IMG/VR virus record: IMGVR_UViG_3300042484_002457
Coordinates: 124,001 to 188,000 of that record
Length of the DNA: 64,000 nucleotides
Direction: 5' to 3' (one strand)
Every line of letters begins with the position of its first letter. Within the stretch, counting starts at the first letter, position 1. The notes under the pieces are model-generated. The model searched no databases and was not told the DNA's origin. It saw only the letters and a program-made list of their open reading frames with translations. A program made the position numbers and the translations under genes. This document shows, one piece after another, positions 47,450 through 58,106 of this stretch.

Positions 47450-48390
47450 AATTAAGTGAAATAGTTGCATATCTAAACTTGCTGGACACCCTGGACGTTG
47501 AGGCCGAGGGTGCCGAAACTCTGCGTCGTTTACAAGCAATTGCTCATGTGATTGAGACTAATCAGATACAGATAAAAAGTCATACCAAGGACATGAAAGA
47601 CAGTATTGATTCCATCAACTACTATGTTGGTAAATTTTCAGAATCAATGCAACAACTCAAACAAGAACTAAAACAACAGGTTGCAGAACAAGAACCCAGT
47701 TACTTGCATGACAGTTACAGGGTGTTTGAACATGAAATGGTATTTGAGAACAACGATTACATTCTCAACCGTAGGCTCAAGATTGACGATGACAGCAATA
47801 TTTTGTTAAGAACAAAACTAAGAAATTTGTCTGATTGGCGGTTGCCTGGTTTAATTTTTAGACCAGGACTTGAAGACTTTGTTGAAGACCTAGTGCCACT
47901 TGATCCATTGTACCTGGTGGACCAACACCAAGATCTATTGGCGCCGTCAGTTCGCAAGTTTACCCCCGAATATCAACGACGGCTTCGCGAATATGTAGTT
48001 GATGACAGACAACCCAACGCCATATTAGAAAAACTGCCCAACAACCAATTTGGCTTTGTGTTTGCCTACAACTATTTTAATTACAAGCCCTTGGAAATTC
48101 TAAATAGGTATATTGCAGAACTTGCTGTAAAACTGAGACCAGGTGGAACACTGTTGATGACCTATAACAATTGTGATCAAGCACAGGGCGTGGGTCTTGC
48201 TGAACGGGCCTGGATGATGTATCAGCCTCAACGCTTGGTTGTTGCACAGGTTGAACAGTCGGGACTAGAAGTTGCTGGTGCCTATGATGGACCTGGCGAC
48301 ATAAGCTGGCTGGAAATACGCAAGCCTGGCAATATTGAAACACTTCGTGGTGGCCAGACTCTGGCCAAAATTGTTGCACTTTCGCAATAA
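47446..48390 (+). CDS. methyltransferase-fold protein with N-terminal coiled coil
   Basis: LPNNQFGFVFAYNYFNY, KLRPGGTLLMTY. Confidence 0.55.
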   Translation: MKLSEIVAYLNLLDTLDVEAEGAETLRRLQAIAHVIETNQIQIKSHTKDMKDSIDSINYYVGKFSESMQQLKQELKQQVAEQEPSYLHDSYRVFEHEMVFENNDYILNRRLKIDDDSNILLRTKLRNLSDWRLPGLIFRPGLEDFVEDLVPLDPLYLVDQHQDLLAPSVRKFTPEYQRRLREYVVDDRQPNAILEKLPNNQFGFVFAYNYFNYKPLEILNRYIAELAVKLRPGGTLLMTYNNCDQAQGVGLAERAWMMYQPQRLVVAQVEQSGLEVAGAYDGPGDISWLEIRKPGNIETLRGGQTLAKIVALSQ

Positions 48391-48402
48391 AATCTATATA
48401 AT
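48374..48402 (+). promoter_or_regulatory. sigma70-type promoter
   Basis: TTGCAC, 17 nt spacer, TATAAT, then AAGGAG. Confidence 0.6.
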
Positions 48403-48419
48403 GTATACAAGGAGCACTT

Positions 48420-49142
48420 ATGAGAGATCATCTTTTAGATTTAGTAGAACACACTTTTGACCTTGGTTGTATTGACCTAGTTAAAATTACCGGCGACGAT
48501 ACCAGTACACAAATTGCCGGCCTGGCCGAAGATTTAAGTGTGGTAATTCAAGCCAACTTCCACAATCCTGTGGCAGACTTTATTGGCACATTTGGCATGC
48601 CAAACTTGGCCAAACTCAAGACCTTGCTTAATCTGCAAGAGTACAAAGAACATGCCAAGCTTACCATTACACGCAAAGTCACAGGCGAACCTGATGGTAT
48701 CAATTTTGAAAACAAAGCTGGCGACTTTAAAAACAACTACAGATTCATGGCCAGTGAGATTGTAAACGACAAACTCAAAACTGCCAAGTTCAAAGGTGTT
48801 AACTGGCACATTGAATTTGAGCCCACAAACGCCAGTATCCAAAGACTCAAGTGGCAAATGAGCGCCAACACTGAAGAGCCTAACTTTCAAGCCAAGACTG
48901 AAAACGGTGATCTCAAGTTCTTCTTTGGTGATCACTCAACTCATGCTGGTAACTTTGTGTTCCAAGCTGGTGTTACAGGACAGTTGAAACGTGCATGGTC
49001 GTGGCCAGCAGCTCAGGTTGCTAGCATCCTGAGCCTTACAGGTGACAAAGTTGTGCGCATCAGCGACGACGGTGCTGCACAGATCACAGTGGATTCTGGC
49101 TTGGCCGTGTACAACTACATCTTACCAGCACAAAGCAAGTAA
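48420..49142 (+). CDS. probable DNA sliding clamp (gp45-like)
   Basis: 240 aa alternating beta/alpha pattern ending YNYILPA; near the polymerase, with a clamp loader in the window. Confidence 0.55.
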   Translation: MRDHLLDLVEHTFDLGCIDLVKITGDDTSTQIAGLAEDLSVVIQANFHNPVADFIGTFGMPNLAKLKTLLNLQEYKEHAKLTITRKVTGEPDGINFENKAGDFKNNYRFMASEIVNDKLKTAKFKGVNWHIEFEPTNASIQRLKWQMSANTEEPNFQAKTENGDLKFFFGDHSTHAGNFVFQAGVTGQLKRAWSWPAAQVASILSLTGDKVVRISDDGAAQITVDSGLAVYNYILPAQSK

Positions 49143-50776
49143 TGAGCGAACCAATCAGTCAAGATGATCTCACAGCCAAGCAGTTGACCTATGCTGTGTT
49201 CCTTCCGGCTATAAGTGGTTTCTATGCTACATTTGTGGGCCGCCAAAGAAATGAACCGTATGTGGATCCTGCAAGATTTCCACAGGGTCTTAAGGATATG
49301 GAACAGCTTAACTGGCTCAACTCTAGCAAGGCCCTGTTTCCTTATCGATGGAGCCTCTACTCAGGCGGTCATGCCAACTTGGATCTCTCAAAGCAGGATT
49401 GGTCAGAGGACATGGTACGAAGTCGGGAGCCTGGGAATTTTATACTGGGAGACTCGGGCGGCTTTCAGATTGCCAAGGGACTATGGGAAGGTGACTGGAA
49501 AGCCAACTCAGGTTGTGCCAAGGCACAGAAAAAACGAGACGGTGTCCTAAAGTGGTTGGATAACATTGCTGATTACGGCATGATTCTTGATATTCCCACC
49601 TGGGTTATTCATGACAAGAAGTCTAGCCAGGCTTGCGGAATTTCTACCTTGGATCAAGCATTTGAAGCCACCAAGTTCAACAACGAATATTTCATTGCCA
49701 ATCGCCGAGGCAAAGAAAATGGCGGTGCCAAATTCCTAAACGTGTTACAAGGTGATAATCATACCTCAGCAGAGATTTGGTATCAAGAGATGAAGAAATT
49801 TTGTGATCCTGCTCAATACCCTGGACGTCACTTTGATGGTTGGGCCATGGGCGGACAGAACATGTGCGATGTACACCTGGTGTTGAAACGCCTGGTGGCA
49901 TTGCGTTATGATAACTTGCTGCAAGAAGGTGTGCATGATTGGATGCACTTTTTGGGAACCAGCAAGCTAGAGTGGGCAGTTCTCTTAACTGTTATTCAAC
50001 GAGCCGTAAGGAAATATGTCAATCCAGCGTTTACCATCTCTTTTGATTGCGCCAGCCCATTCCTCGCAACAGCGAACGGACAGGTCTACTATGAAAATGT
50101 CTTCCCGCAAGACGGCAAATGGTCGTATCGCATGGCTCCTTCAGCCGATGACAAAAAATACTCCACTGACACACGAAAGTGGAATACAGGAGTAATTGCT
50201 GATGGTATCTATCCGCGTTGGCAAGATAGTCCCATAAGTGATATGTTGACCATGAAGGATGTTTGCATCTACAAAGATGGTATACCCAAGGCTGGTGTTA
50301 CTATTACCGAAGAAAATTTTAAAGATCCTGCGCTATACGATGTATTGCCAGATCAAAACAAAAATGGTAAATGGGGCAAAACAAGCTGGGATAGTTTTAG
50401 CTATGCCTTGCTCATGGGTCACAATGTGTACATGCACTTGACTGCTGTGCAAGAAGCCAATCGACGTTTTGATGCAGGAGAGCATCCTGCCATGATGCGT
50501 CGAGATGGTGGCAATTATGAGTATTTTGAACACATTGTAGAAGCCATTTTTGCTGCACCAGATAGGCAAACTGCTGATGCCATAATTGAACAATACAGTT
50601 CATACTGGATGCAAATTGTGGGCACACGCGGATTCAAAGGCAAAAAAGCCATGAATGCACGTACACAGTTCAACGCACTGTTTGATTTAGAAGAAACTGC
50701 GGTTGAAGACGAATTGGATGATAGTGTACAATTAGACAACAACAAACTTGATCAACTAGAACAGGACCAGCAATGA
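49142..50776 (+). CDS. TGT-fold transglycosylase, DpdA-like (7-deazaguanine insertion into DNA)
   Basis: LGDSGGFQ, MILDIP, NVLQG, GWAMGG, MHFLG, SFDCASP are TGT-family motifs; lies among folE/queD/queE genes. Confidence 0.75.
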   Translation: MSEPISQDDLTAKQLTYAVFLPAISGFYATFVGRQRNEPYVDPARFPQGLKDMEQLNWLNSSKALFPYRWSLYSGGHANLDLSKQDWSEDMVRSREPGNFILGDSGGFQIAKGLWEGDWKANSGCAKAQKKRDGVLKWLDNIADYGMILDIPTWVIHDKKSSQACGISTLDQAFEATKFNNEYFIANRRGKENGGAKFLNVLQGDNHTSAEIWYQEMKKFCDPAQYPGRHFDGWAMGGQNMCDVHLVLKRLVALRYDNLLQEGVHDWMHFLGTSKLEWAVLLTVIQRAVRKYVNPAFTISFDCASPFLATANGQVYYENVFPQDGKWSYRMAPSADDKKYSTDTRKWNTGVIADGIYPRWQDSPISDMLTMKDVCIYKDGIPKAGVTITEENFKDPALYDVLPDQNKNGKWGKTSWDSFSYALLMGHNVYMHLTAVQEANRRFDAGEHPAMMRRDGGNYEYFEHIVEAIFAAPDRQTADAIIEQYSSYWMQIVGTRGFKGKKAMNARTQFNALFDLEETAVEDELDDSVQLDNNKLDQLEQDQQ

Positions 50777-51300
50777 ATCGAGAAGGTCATGACAACGTCA
50801 ACTTTTTTGTGGGAACAGAAGTTGAGCGTACACCAGCATTTGGAAAGCGCACACTATTTGTGGTAGGAGTGCAACCGGTTGCAGAAATTCAAGACTGGCT
50901 GGATGACTTAAACAGCTACGAAGATCAATCCAAGCACGTCAAGCATATCTTCTTTGGTGCCAATCACAGTTTTTGCCCAGACAACAACTCAGAATGGGCA
51001 CAATGGGAAGGCATGATTGGGCACTTTCTTAAAAAAGGTCACATGTGCAGTCTTGATATTCCTGTCAAGTGTGTGGAAGAATTTAACGATTCGGGCTTGT
51101 GCGAGTATCGTAACTTTGTTCCGCAGATTCGAGTAAGCATTCCGTATGTGCGGCTATGGAACTACAACACCATGATCAAGATTGACGACAACAATTTTGA
51201 TGCAACCAACCCAGGAGTGTGGACTCACAGTTTGCACAGCCTGATGTCAAGACGAACATTCACTGACTGGGATCAGTACAACGAGGACAAACCTGTATGA
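50773..51300 (+). CDS. hypothetical protein
   Basis: 175-aa ORF coupled to both neighbours. Confidence 0.7.
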   Translation: MNREGHDNVNFFVGTEVERTPAFGKRTLFVVGVQPVAEIQDWLDDLNSYEDQSKHVKHIFFGANHSFCPDNNSEWAQWEGMIGHFLKKGHMCSLDIPVKCVEEFNDSGLCEYRNFVPQIRVSIPYVRLWNYNTMIKIDDNNFDATNPGVWTHSLHSLMSRRTFTDWDQYNEDKPV

Positions 51301-51725
51301 ATCAACAACAAAGAGAAACCGTGGAAAGAATTAAAAGTGCAGCAAAACGACAAATCTGGGTCACCTTTCAACGTGCCGGATTTCATCGTTATCCAGCAGC
51401 TAGCGAAGATCCAAAATTAAGTGACGTAAGCTATCTTGGATCTCGGCATAGACACCTGTTTAAATTTAAGGTAGAGATTGAAATTTTTCATAACGATCGT
51501 GAGTTAGAATTCCATCAGGTCCTAAATTATTGCGAATCTCTTTACAAAGACACCCATCTCGAAATAGATTACAAAAGTGTTGAAATGCTTGCAGATGATC
51601 TGTATCTACAATTAGCCAGTAGATATCCAGGAAGATTCATGTCCATTGAAGTAAGTGAAGACGGCGAGTGCGGATGTAGGATTGAATACAAAACTCAACA
51701 ACCAAATTTGATGGTCAAGATTTAA
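51297..51725 (+). CDS. QueD/PTPS-like T-fold protein
   Basis: GFHRYP, HRHLFKFKV, SVEMLA, IEVSEDGE. Confidence 0.65.
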   Translation: MNQQQRETVERIKSAAKRQIWVTFQRAGFHRYPAASEDPKLSDVSYLGSRHRHLFKFKVEIEIFHNDRELEFHQVLNYCESLYKDTHLEIDYKSVEMLADDLYLQLASRYPGRFMSIEVSEDGECGCRIEYKTQQPNLMVKI

Positions 51726-51768
51726 GATTGATATGGAATATATGCTAAATATCCGTAGAGGAAATGCT

Positions 51769-52485
51769 ATGAAATATTATGTGTATATACTATCTGACCC
51801 AAGAAACAACGTTCCTTTTTATATAGGTAAGGGCAAAGGCAAAAGATCTATGTCCCACCTTAAGGAAACAAAAGAAACTACAATCAACATTAGAAAATAT
51901 AATAAGATACAATCAATTTTCAGTGAAGGTCTGACACCCTTGATTTCTTACTATGCCACTGACTTGTCTGAGCAAGATGCTTATGAATTAGAAGCTTCTC
52001 TTATTAAACAATACGGACGCAAAGATTACGATGCTAACGGAATCTTACTTAACATTTGTGAAAACAATCGCCCTCCTGGGCACGATAATTTTTTAACCAA
52101 CAACCCTGGATTGAGGATGAAAGGGAAAACGTATGAGGAGATCTACGGTGAAGAAAAAGCCAAACAGTTAAAACTTCAAAGAACATTATCTTCTTCTGTA
52201 AGAGAAGTTACACAAGAGACTAAAGACAGAATGAAAGAATCTGCCCTTGTCAAGATGGCTAATGGATACAAAATGCCGTCAAGAAAAGGAAAGAGAGATT
52301 CTGAAGAGACACGTTTGAAAAAATCTTTGGCACACAGAGGCAAAATTAAGCCGTCGATGAGCGAAGAGACAAAGAAAAAAATTTCAGACACAAAGCGAAA
52401 AAATAGTAAAAAATTTTTAAACATTCAATATTTAAGGAAGTACCATGGCCAAGCCTACATTCAAACCCAACCAGCGCCTGACTGA
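51769..52485 (+). CDS. GIY-YIG family homing endonuclease with NUMOD3-type repeats
   Basis: YYVYILSDPR...FYIGKGKGKR, SEETRLKKS / SEETKKKIS; AT-rich; TAAATA at 51746. Confidence 0.82.
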   Translation: MKYYVYILSDPRNNVPFYIGKGKGKRSMSHLKETKETTINIRKYNKIQSIFSEGLTPLISYYATDLSEQDAYELEASLIKQYGRKDYDANGILLNICENNRPPGHDNFLTNNPGLRMKGKTYEEIYGEEKAKQLKLQRTLSSSVREVTQETKDRMKESALVKMANGYKMPSRKGKRDSEETRLKKSLAHRGKIKPSMSEETKKKISDTKRKNSKKFLNIQYLRKYHGQAYIQTQPAPD

Positions 52486-52672
52486 GATCTTTGAAGATCT
52501 TGAAGTGTTCTTGGAATTCTGCCAAGACTTTGGGTATCGTTACAACGAGAGCGATCTCTACAACTTCAAGAGCTATGCTTGGCAACAGTTTACCAAGCAT
52601 AGCACCGGCAAGAACGCCAAGAACATGTGGAGTGAAGACGCTCGACGCTTTGCAGGATACCGTCCAGCATGA
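52445..52672 (+). CDS. hypothetical protein
   Basis: AAGGAAG RBS; 75 aa. Confidence 0.65.
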   Translation: MAKPTFKPNQRLTEIFEDLEVFLEFCQDFGYRYNESDLYNFKSYAWQQFTKHSTGKNAKNMWSEDARRFAGYRPA

Positions 52673-52923
52673 GCGCCGCTCGAGAGAAAGACCAAGCGGA
52701 CTTTGATCTCGAGCGATTCGTTGACATGTTCGACGAGGCCCTGACCAGTCAGGATCCGCGAGTGATTGAAACGCTACGCAATCTCTTGATGATGGTAACA
52801 CTAACACGACCGGAAACTCGCGAGGAACACGGTCGTAGGTCTGGACCGCTGAGAAGATTGTTTGAGGACGTGAACGATCTAAATAGAAGCATGAGTCGCA
52901 TGCAGGAAGAAGTTTTACTATAA
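52669..52923 (+). CDS. hypothetical protein
   Basis: ATGA overlap; 84 aa. Confidence 0.65.
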   Translation: MSAAREKDQADFDLERFVDMFDEALTSQDPRVIETLRNLLMMVTLTRPETREEHGRRSGPLRRLFEDVNDLNRSMSRMQEEVLL

Positions 52924-52941
52924 TCAAACAAAGGAAGTTTT

Positions 52942-54156
52942 ATGCGAAAGTTAATTTATATGGGACTCGAACAACTGGAGTCAAGATACACACTACAGCT
53001 AACTGAGTGGAATCGACGGGTATTTGATCGTCGAGGGCTCGATGTTGTCTATGTCCCTGGGCTAAACATTGATAATACTAAACAGATTTCTGTTGGACAA
53101 GTTTTAGATGCTCATGGTCGAAGTTATTTTTCTATGAGCCAGATGATGAACTTAGTTCAGATGATGCGTAATGGAGAAATTACAAACGAAGATGTAGTGT
53201 ATTTCGAGGACATGTTTACTCCTGGCTTCGAAAGTCTTGGTTACATCATGAATCAGATTCCCCGCGAGCAGTGCCCACGCATCTATGTTCGCTGTCTAGC
53301 ACAAGCTATTGATCCTGATGACTTTGTGCATGTTTGGGGCATGGCTCGATGGATGAACTTGTATGAACAAATGGTCAATGAGATGGTGGTTTTCTCGGGG
53401 GGTGCAGTATTGGCAACCAATGAGGAAATGGTCGCGCACATGCGCATCGCTGGATGGACTGCTCCAATCTACAACATTTCTGGGTTGGCATTTGGAAAAA
53501 CAGAAGTACTGGAGCGGATCGGTGGGAAAGAAAACATCCGGCCGTTTGATTCGCGTCCGCGGAGGGTGGGTTTCGCAGCTAGGTTCGACCAAGAGAAACA
53601 GCCTGGTTTTTTCATGGACCTTATTGAAATGTACGGTGAGCTCACCAATGAACCATGTGAGTTTGCAATTTTCAGTGGGGGGCCACTCAGGTCTAATAAT
53701 CCAGAGTACGTGGAGAGAGCCCGCCGCATGGAATCCAAAGGCAAACTCCAGATTTACGAAAATCTAAACAAGAATCAGTATTATGATTTACTTAACAATA
53801 CTCGTGTTCTCTTTAATTGTGCTCTTCAAGACTGGGTATCTAACACTGTATCCGAAGCCGACACTGTGGGGTGCAATGTTCTTTACCCTGCATATCGTAG
53901 CTTTCCTGAAACTTTTGCAAATGATCCTAACCGACTATATGTTCCTTGGAGCATAGATGACGCTTATCATAAGATACAAAATTTATTGCGAGAACCGCAT
54001 CACAACATGGGTCTCATCTCGGATTGGAACAACGCCACTATTGACCGTATTGTTGATATTATTACTGGTCGAGGTGAGCAATGGAATCGGGCGGGCAATC
54101 GATATCGTGACCACGTTGCTCACGAAAAATATCAAGTTGTAAAGATTGAGGAATGA
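52942..54156 (+). CDS. GT-B fold glycosyltransferase
   Basis: ARFDQEKQPGFF, NTVSEADTVGCNVLYPAYRSFPE (GT4-like C-terminal domain). Confidence 0.75.
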   Translation: MRKLIYMGLEQLESRYTLQLTEWNRRVFDRRGLDVVYVPGLNIDNTKQISVGQVLDAHGRSYFSMSQMMNLVQMMRNGEITNEDVVYFEDMFTPGFESLGYIMNQIPREQCPRIYVRCLAQAIDPDDFVHVWGMARWMNLYEQMVNEMVVFSGGAVLATNEEMVAHMRIAGWTAPIYNISGLAFGKTEVLERIGGKENIRPFDSRPRRVGFAARFDQEKQPGFFMDLIEMYGELTNEPCEFAIFSGGPLRSNNPEYVERARRMESKGKLQIYENLNKNQYYDLLNNTRVLFNCALQDWVSNTVSEADTVGCNVLYPAYRSFPETFANDPNRLYVPWSIDDAYHKIQNLLREPHHNMGLISDWNNATIDRIVDIITGRGEQWNRAGNRYRDHVAHEKYQVVKIEE

Positions 54157-55097
54157 GCACCGTAGTTGTAACAGGAGCTTCTGGATATATTGGAGGGCAA
54201 TGTGCTCTCCAATTGCACGATGCTGGCCACCAGGTGGTTGGCATTGATCGCAGGCCGCTGCCTTTGCAGTTGAAGGGCATGATACAGTTTGTGCAGGCTG
54301 ACTTTGACAGTGACGAGTCGTTTAGAAAAATCATTGAGCTAAGACCCAGTGCCATAATTCACTGTGCCGGTACTAGTCTTGTGGGACCAAGCATCCGGCA
54401 TCCATCAGACTACTACAACAACAACGTGGTCAAGACCTTGCACCTGTTGGGTATAATTGTGTCAGCTGTGCCCCGGACTAGATTTATTTTTAGTAGCAGT
54501 GCAGCCACATACGGAGTTCCCGCAGCCAGCTTGCCCTGCCAAGAAACTGATGCGCTAAAGCCTATCAGTCCATACGGTGAAAGCAAGCAGATGGTAGAAC
54601 AAATCCTTAAATCATACCATCGTGCTTACAATTTAGACTATGTGGCATTTCGTTATTTCAATGCTTGCGGGGCTGATCCACAACAACGACATGGGCAAGA
54701 GCCTGGTGCCACACACATTATTGCTCGTGTGCTAGAAAGCATTAGAGACCAACAGGAGTTTACGTTGTATGGTAACGATTACGATACACGAGACGGGACT
54801 TGTGTTCGCGACTATGTTCATGTTGGTGATATTGCGCAGGCACATGTTGCAGCCCTGTCTAATAAAATTCCTGCGGGCATCTACAATCTCGGATCTAGCA
54901 CTGGAACCAGCAACCAAGAAATAATTGCTGCGGCTGAACGTATCACTGGGCAAAAGGTCCAGCTGCATCACAGTGCTAGGCGCGAGGGTGATCCTGACGT
55001 GTTAGTAGCTGATGCTGCTCGGTTTAATCAGCTGGTACACTGGCAACGTTTTGATCTAGATCACATGATTCAACATGCATGGAACTGGTATGTTTGA
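54153..55097 (+). CDS. galE: UDP-glucose 4-epimerase
   Basis: VTGASGYIG, FSSSAATYG, PYGESK, FRYFNACGA, RDYVHV. Confidence 0.92.
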   Translation: MSTVVVTGASGYIGGQCALQLHDAGHQVVGIDRRPLPLQLKGMIQFVQADFDSDESFRKIIELRPSAIIHCAGTSLVGPSIRHPSDYYNNNVVKTLHLLGIIVSAVPRTRFIFSSSAATYGVPAASLPCQETDALKPISPYGESKQMVEQILKSYHRAYNLDYVAFRYFNACGADPQQRHGQEPGATHIIARVLESIRDQQEFTLYGNDYDTRDGTCVRDYVHVGDIAQAHVAALSNKIPAGIYNLGSSTGTSNQEIIAAAERITGQKVQLHHSARREGDPDVLVADAARFNQLVHWQRFDLDHMIQHAWNWYV

Positions 55098-55677
55098 TAA
55101 AATTTTAAAATTTGAACAAGAGCTAGCAGAGTTTACAGGTGCGCCCTATGCCATCATGACTGACTGCTGCACTCATGCCATAGAATTGTGCCTGCGTCAT
55201 GAACGAGTGCAAGAAGTTGTAATGACTCCTTACACCTACTTGAGCATTCCTATGACCATGCACAAGTTGGACATTCGTTACTACTATCGAGAAGAAGAGT
55301 GGACTGGAGAATATCAGTTTCATGGCACACGCATCTGGGATTCAGCACGTAGACTGGAACCCAACATGTATCGAACTGGACAAATGCAATGCTTGAGTTT
55401 TGGGCATGACAAGCCTTTACACATAGGCCGTGGTGGTGCTATACTACTAGATAACGAGTCAGCATATCGTCGACTAATTCGTATGAGGTACGATGGTCGC
55501 GATCTAAATATATCGCCCTGGGCAACACAAAAGGAATTTGAGGTTGGATATCATTACAAGCCCACTCCCGAAGAAGCTGTGCAAGGACTTGCACAGCTGG
55601 AAGGTTTGCGTGAGTTTTGTGCTCCTCCGCGAGCAGTTGTGTATCCAGATTTAAGAACCATCACTATCAAGAACTAA
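55090..55677 (+). CDS. short DegT/DnrJ/EryC1/StrS-like aminotransferase
   Basis: FEQELAEFTG, CTHAIELCL, LSFGHDKPLHIGRGGAI; lacks the usual C-terminal domain. Confidence 0.7.
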   Translation: MFDKILKFEQELAEFTGAPYAIMTDCCTHAIELCLRHERVQEVVMTPYTYLSIPMTMHKLDIRYYYREEEWTGEYQFHGTRIWDSARRLEPNMYRTGQMQCLSFGHDKPLHIGRGGAILLDNESAYRRLIRMRYDGRDLNISPWATQKEFEVGYHYKPTPEEAVQGLAQLEGLREFCAPPRAVVYPDLRTITIKN

Positions 55678-55678
55678 T

Positions 55679-56380
55679 ATGACAGATACAAGCAAACACC
55701 TATCACAAGCAATCCGCGAGCGTATGAAATCCGACGGCAAGAGATTCTGGGCCGGGGACAACATTAGTGAATACATCAAACCAGAAGAACGCAGACTGCT
55801 AATCGACGAGGCTGCAGAAGCATTTGAAGTAGTACTGGACCGACTACTGATTGATCGAGAAACAGATCCCAACTCAAAGGGCACAGCCCGTAGGTTGGCC
55901 AAAATGTACTACAATGAAATAATGGCAGGTAGATATGAACAAGCACCAGATGCAACAGCATTTCCAAACGATTCGCAGGACCGCTACGAAGGTATGCTCG
56001 TGGTTCGCAGTGAACTTCGTAGTATGTGTAGTCATCATCACCAACCCGTTGCTGGGGTTGCTTATATTGGCATTATTGCGGCAGAGAAATTAATTGGCCT
56101 CAGCAAGTACACCCGAATCGCACAGTGGTGCGCCCGCCGTGGTACACTACAAGAAGAACTATGTAATGACATTGCTCGCGAGATTAGCAAGGCTACTGAA
56201 TCAGAAAACGTAGCAGTATATGTGCAGGCAATTCATGGTTGTTGTGAGAATCGTGGTATTATGGCTCACAGTAGTCTTACACAGACCACAGTTCTTAGAG
56301 GCGCTTTCAAAGAAGATCAAAGTGTCAAGAAAGAGTTCTTTGACAACATCAAGTTGCAGCAGGACTTTGCACCACGTTAA
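55679..56380 (+). CDS. folE: GTP cyclohydrolase I
   Basis: TARRLAKMY, SMCSHHHQP, IGLSKYTRI, LQEEL, HGCCENRG. Confidence 0.93.
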   Translation: MTDTSKHLSQAIRERMKSDGKRFWAGDNISEYIKPEERRLLIDEAAEAFEVVLDRLLIDRETDPNSKGTARRLAKMYYNEIMAGRYEQAPDATAFPNDSQDRYEGMLVVRSELRSMCSHHHQPVAGVAYIGIIAAEKLIGLSKYTRIAQWCARRGTLQEELCNDIAREISKATESENVAVYVQAIHGCCENRGIMAHSSLTQTTVLRGAFKEDQSVKKEFFDNIKLQQDFAPR

Positions 56381-56422
56381 ATTTATCTAACTAAATATAA
56401 TTTCAATCAAGATGATACACTA

Positions 56423-57241
56423 ATGTTTTTAGCGTTAGAACAAGATTTACCCAACAATAAAATTATTCCATTGCCCCAGTTTAACAATCAAGTCAGCATT
56501 GTTAACACTGAGCAATACCGCCTTATATCCAACATTTGTCCGCATCAGAACTCCAAAATTGCAAAATCTGCTACGGAGCATTTGCGCTGCCCTTATCATG
56601 GCATGACATTTGACTGTCAGGGCAAAGGTACCAACAACAACTATGAATTGAAAACATGGGACACCTATCGAACACAGACCATGTTGTTTGATAAGCCTGT
56701 TGACCATTTTCCAATTGCAACGCATAACATGACCTTGGTTGAACATCGACAAGATTATGTGAATGCATCAACGCACGTTATCATGGATGTGTTTCTTGAT
56801 ATTGATCATATACCTGTTGCGCATCAAGGTGTATATGACCAGGTGGGTATTCATAGCGTGGACAATGTATCGTGGACCATATTTGAGAATGGAAGCATAC
56901 AATATGTACCAGCACAAGATACTGATCACATACTTGAGTCAGACAAGATCTACAATCTTGGTGCAGTATGGATGGCTGTTTATCCCGGTAGCATGATTGA
57001 GTGGCAGCCTGGTGCATTGTTTGTAACCGTTGCATGCAAACGCGGTTTGGGCAGTGCTGTACAAGTCTACAAGTATCGGGATACCAGGTACGATCAGAAC
57101 AGTTGGGATCTTAATGAACAAGTATGGGAACTGGCTTGGTCACAAGATCGAGCACTGGCAGAAGGTATCTGCTTGCTGGCAGAAAACAACCTAGACGATT
57201 TAAAAAAACATTACAGAAACTGGATCAATCATGCTGTGTAA
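56423..57241 (+). CDS. Rieske 2Fe-2S oxygenase-like protein
   Basis: NICPHQ...RCPYHGMTF; mononuclear iron motif DIDHIPVAH. Confidence 0.85.
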   Translation: MFLALEQDLPNNKIIPLPQFNNQVSIVNTEQYRLISNICPHQNSKIAKSATEHLRCPYHGMTFDCQGKGTNNNYELKTWDTYRTQTMLFDKPVDHFPIATHNMTLVEHRQDYVNASTHVIMDVFLDIDHIPVAHQGVYDQVGIHSVDNVSWTIFENGSIQYVPAQDTDHILESDKIYNLGAVWMAVYPGSMIEWQPGALFVTVACKRGLGSAVQVYKYRDTRYDQNSWDLNEQVWELAWSQDRALAEGICLLAENNLDDLKKHYRNWINHAV

Positions 57242-58094
57242 AGATAACTGGATTGAGATGTCCTGGGACGGATTGCCTGCTAGACAAGGTCCTGAGAACC
57301 TGTCAGTCAATATCAATCGCAAGGCCAAAGAGCTTTTGCCCTTTGACACTGCTTGCAGTCGCGTAGCAGAAGAAATATATAGCACACATAAAAATTTATA
57401 CATTGCCATGAGTGGCGGCAGTGACAGTGAAAACGTTGCCAACACGTTTTTACGCATGGGTATTCCGTTTACCCCAATCATGATAACATACGATGTAACT
57501 CGCCACAATGATCAAAAATTAGAAATGTGGTGGGCGCAACAATGGTGCAAAAAACACAACATAGAACCTCTTGTAGTTGATGTGGGTAATTATGCCAACA
57601 GTAAAACAGAAAAACAATATACTTCAATTGTTAAACCGCGACTTGGCAATGGCACAGTAACTCATGGACTAATCTTAGACACTGTACAACAACTAAACGG
57701 GCATATAGTATCTGGTTTCCAACTTGAATACTATCCTGACCACGAACAGATGGAATACCTAACACCAGTGCTGGGAAACTACAATGGCTTTGTAATGGAA
57801 GAAGCTGACCTCTATGTAGAAACCTTGGTGCCAAATCAACATCCCTGGGCGTTTTATTATTGGAACGCCGAAGTCATGGCCAGTTTTGTGTCAGAGTGGG
57901 ATACTAATCTTACTATGCAGGAAAACAAAGCCAAAATTTACGGCACTGTGCATAGACCAAAATTTGTTTACCATCAAGATGTGTTTGAACCAACCATTAA
58001 AAAAATTCGAGACCGATGTAAACAGCATTGGGGAACCAGAGATTGTGCATTGTTGGGCTCTAGAGAACAACTACTTGCACAATTACTTGGGTAA
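57231..58094 (+). CDS. PP-loop (adenine nucleotide alpha hydrolase-like) protein
   Basis: IAMSGGSDSE. Confidence 0.55.
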   Translation: MLCKDNWIEMSWDGLPARQGPENLSVNINRKAKELLPFDTACSRVAEEIYSTHKNLYIAMSGGSDSENVANTFLRMGIPFTPIMITYDVTRHNDQKLEMWWAQQWCKKHNIEPLVVDVGNYANSKTEKQYTSIVKPRLGNGTVTHGLILDTVQQLNGHIVSGFQLEYYPDHEQMEYLTPVLGNYNGFVMEEADLYVETLVPNQHPWAFYYWNAEVMASFVSEWDTNLTMQENKAKIYGTVHRPKFVYHQDVFEPTIKKIRDRCKQHWGTRDCALLGSREQLLAQLLG

Positions 58095-58106
58095 ATAGTT
58101 CTTTAC

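Noticed and set aside
57231-58094. Calling this gene queC
   Set aside because: Only the SGGxDS loop matches; the QueC zinc-binding cysteine cluster and YGQ motif are absent.
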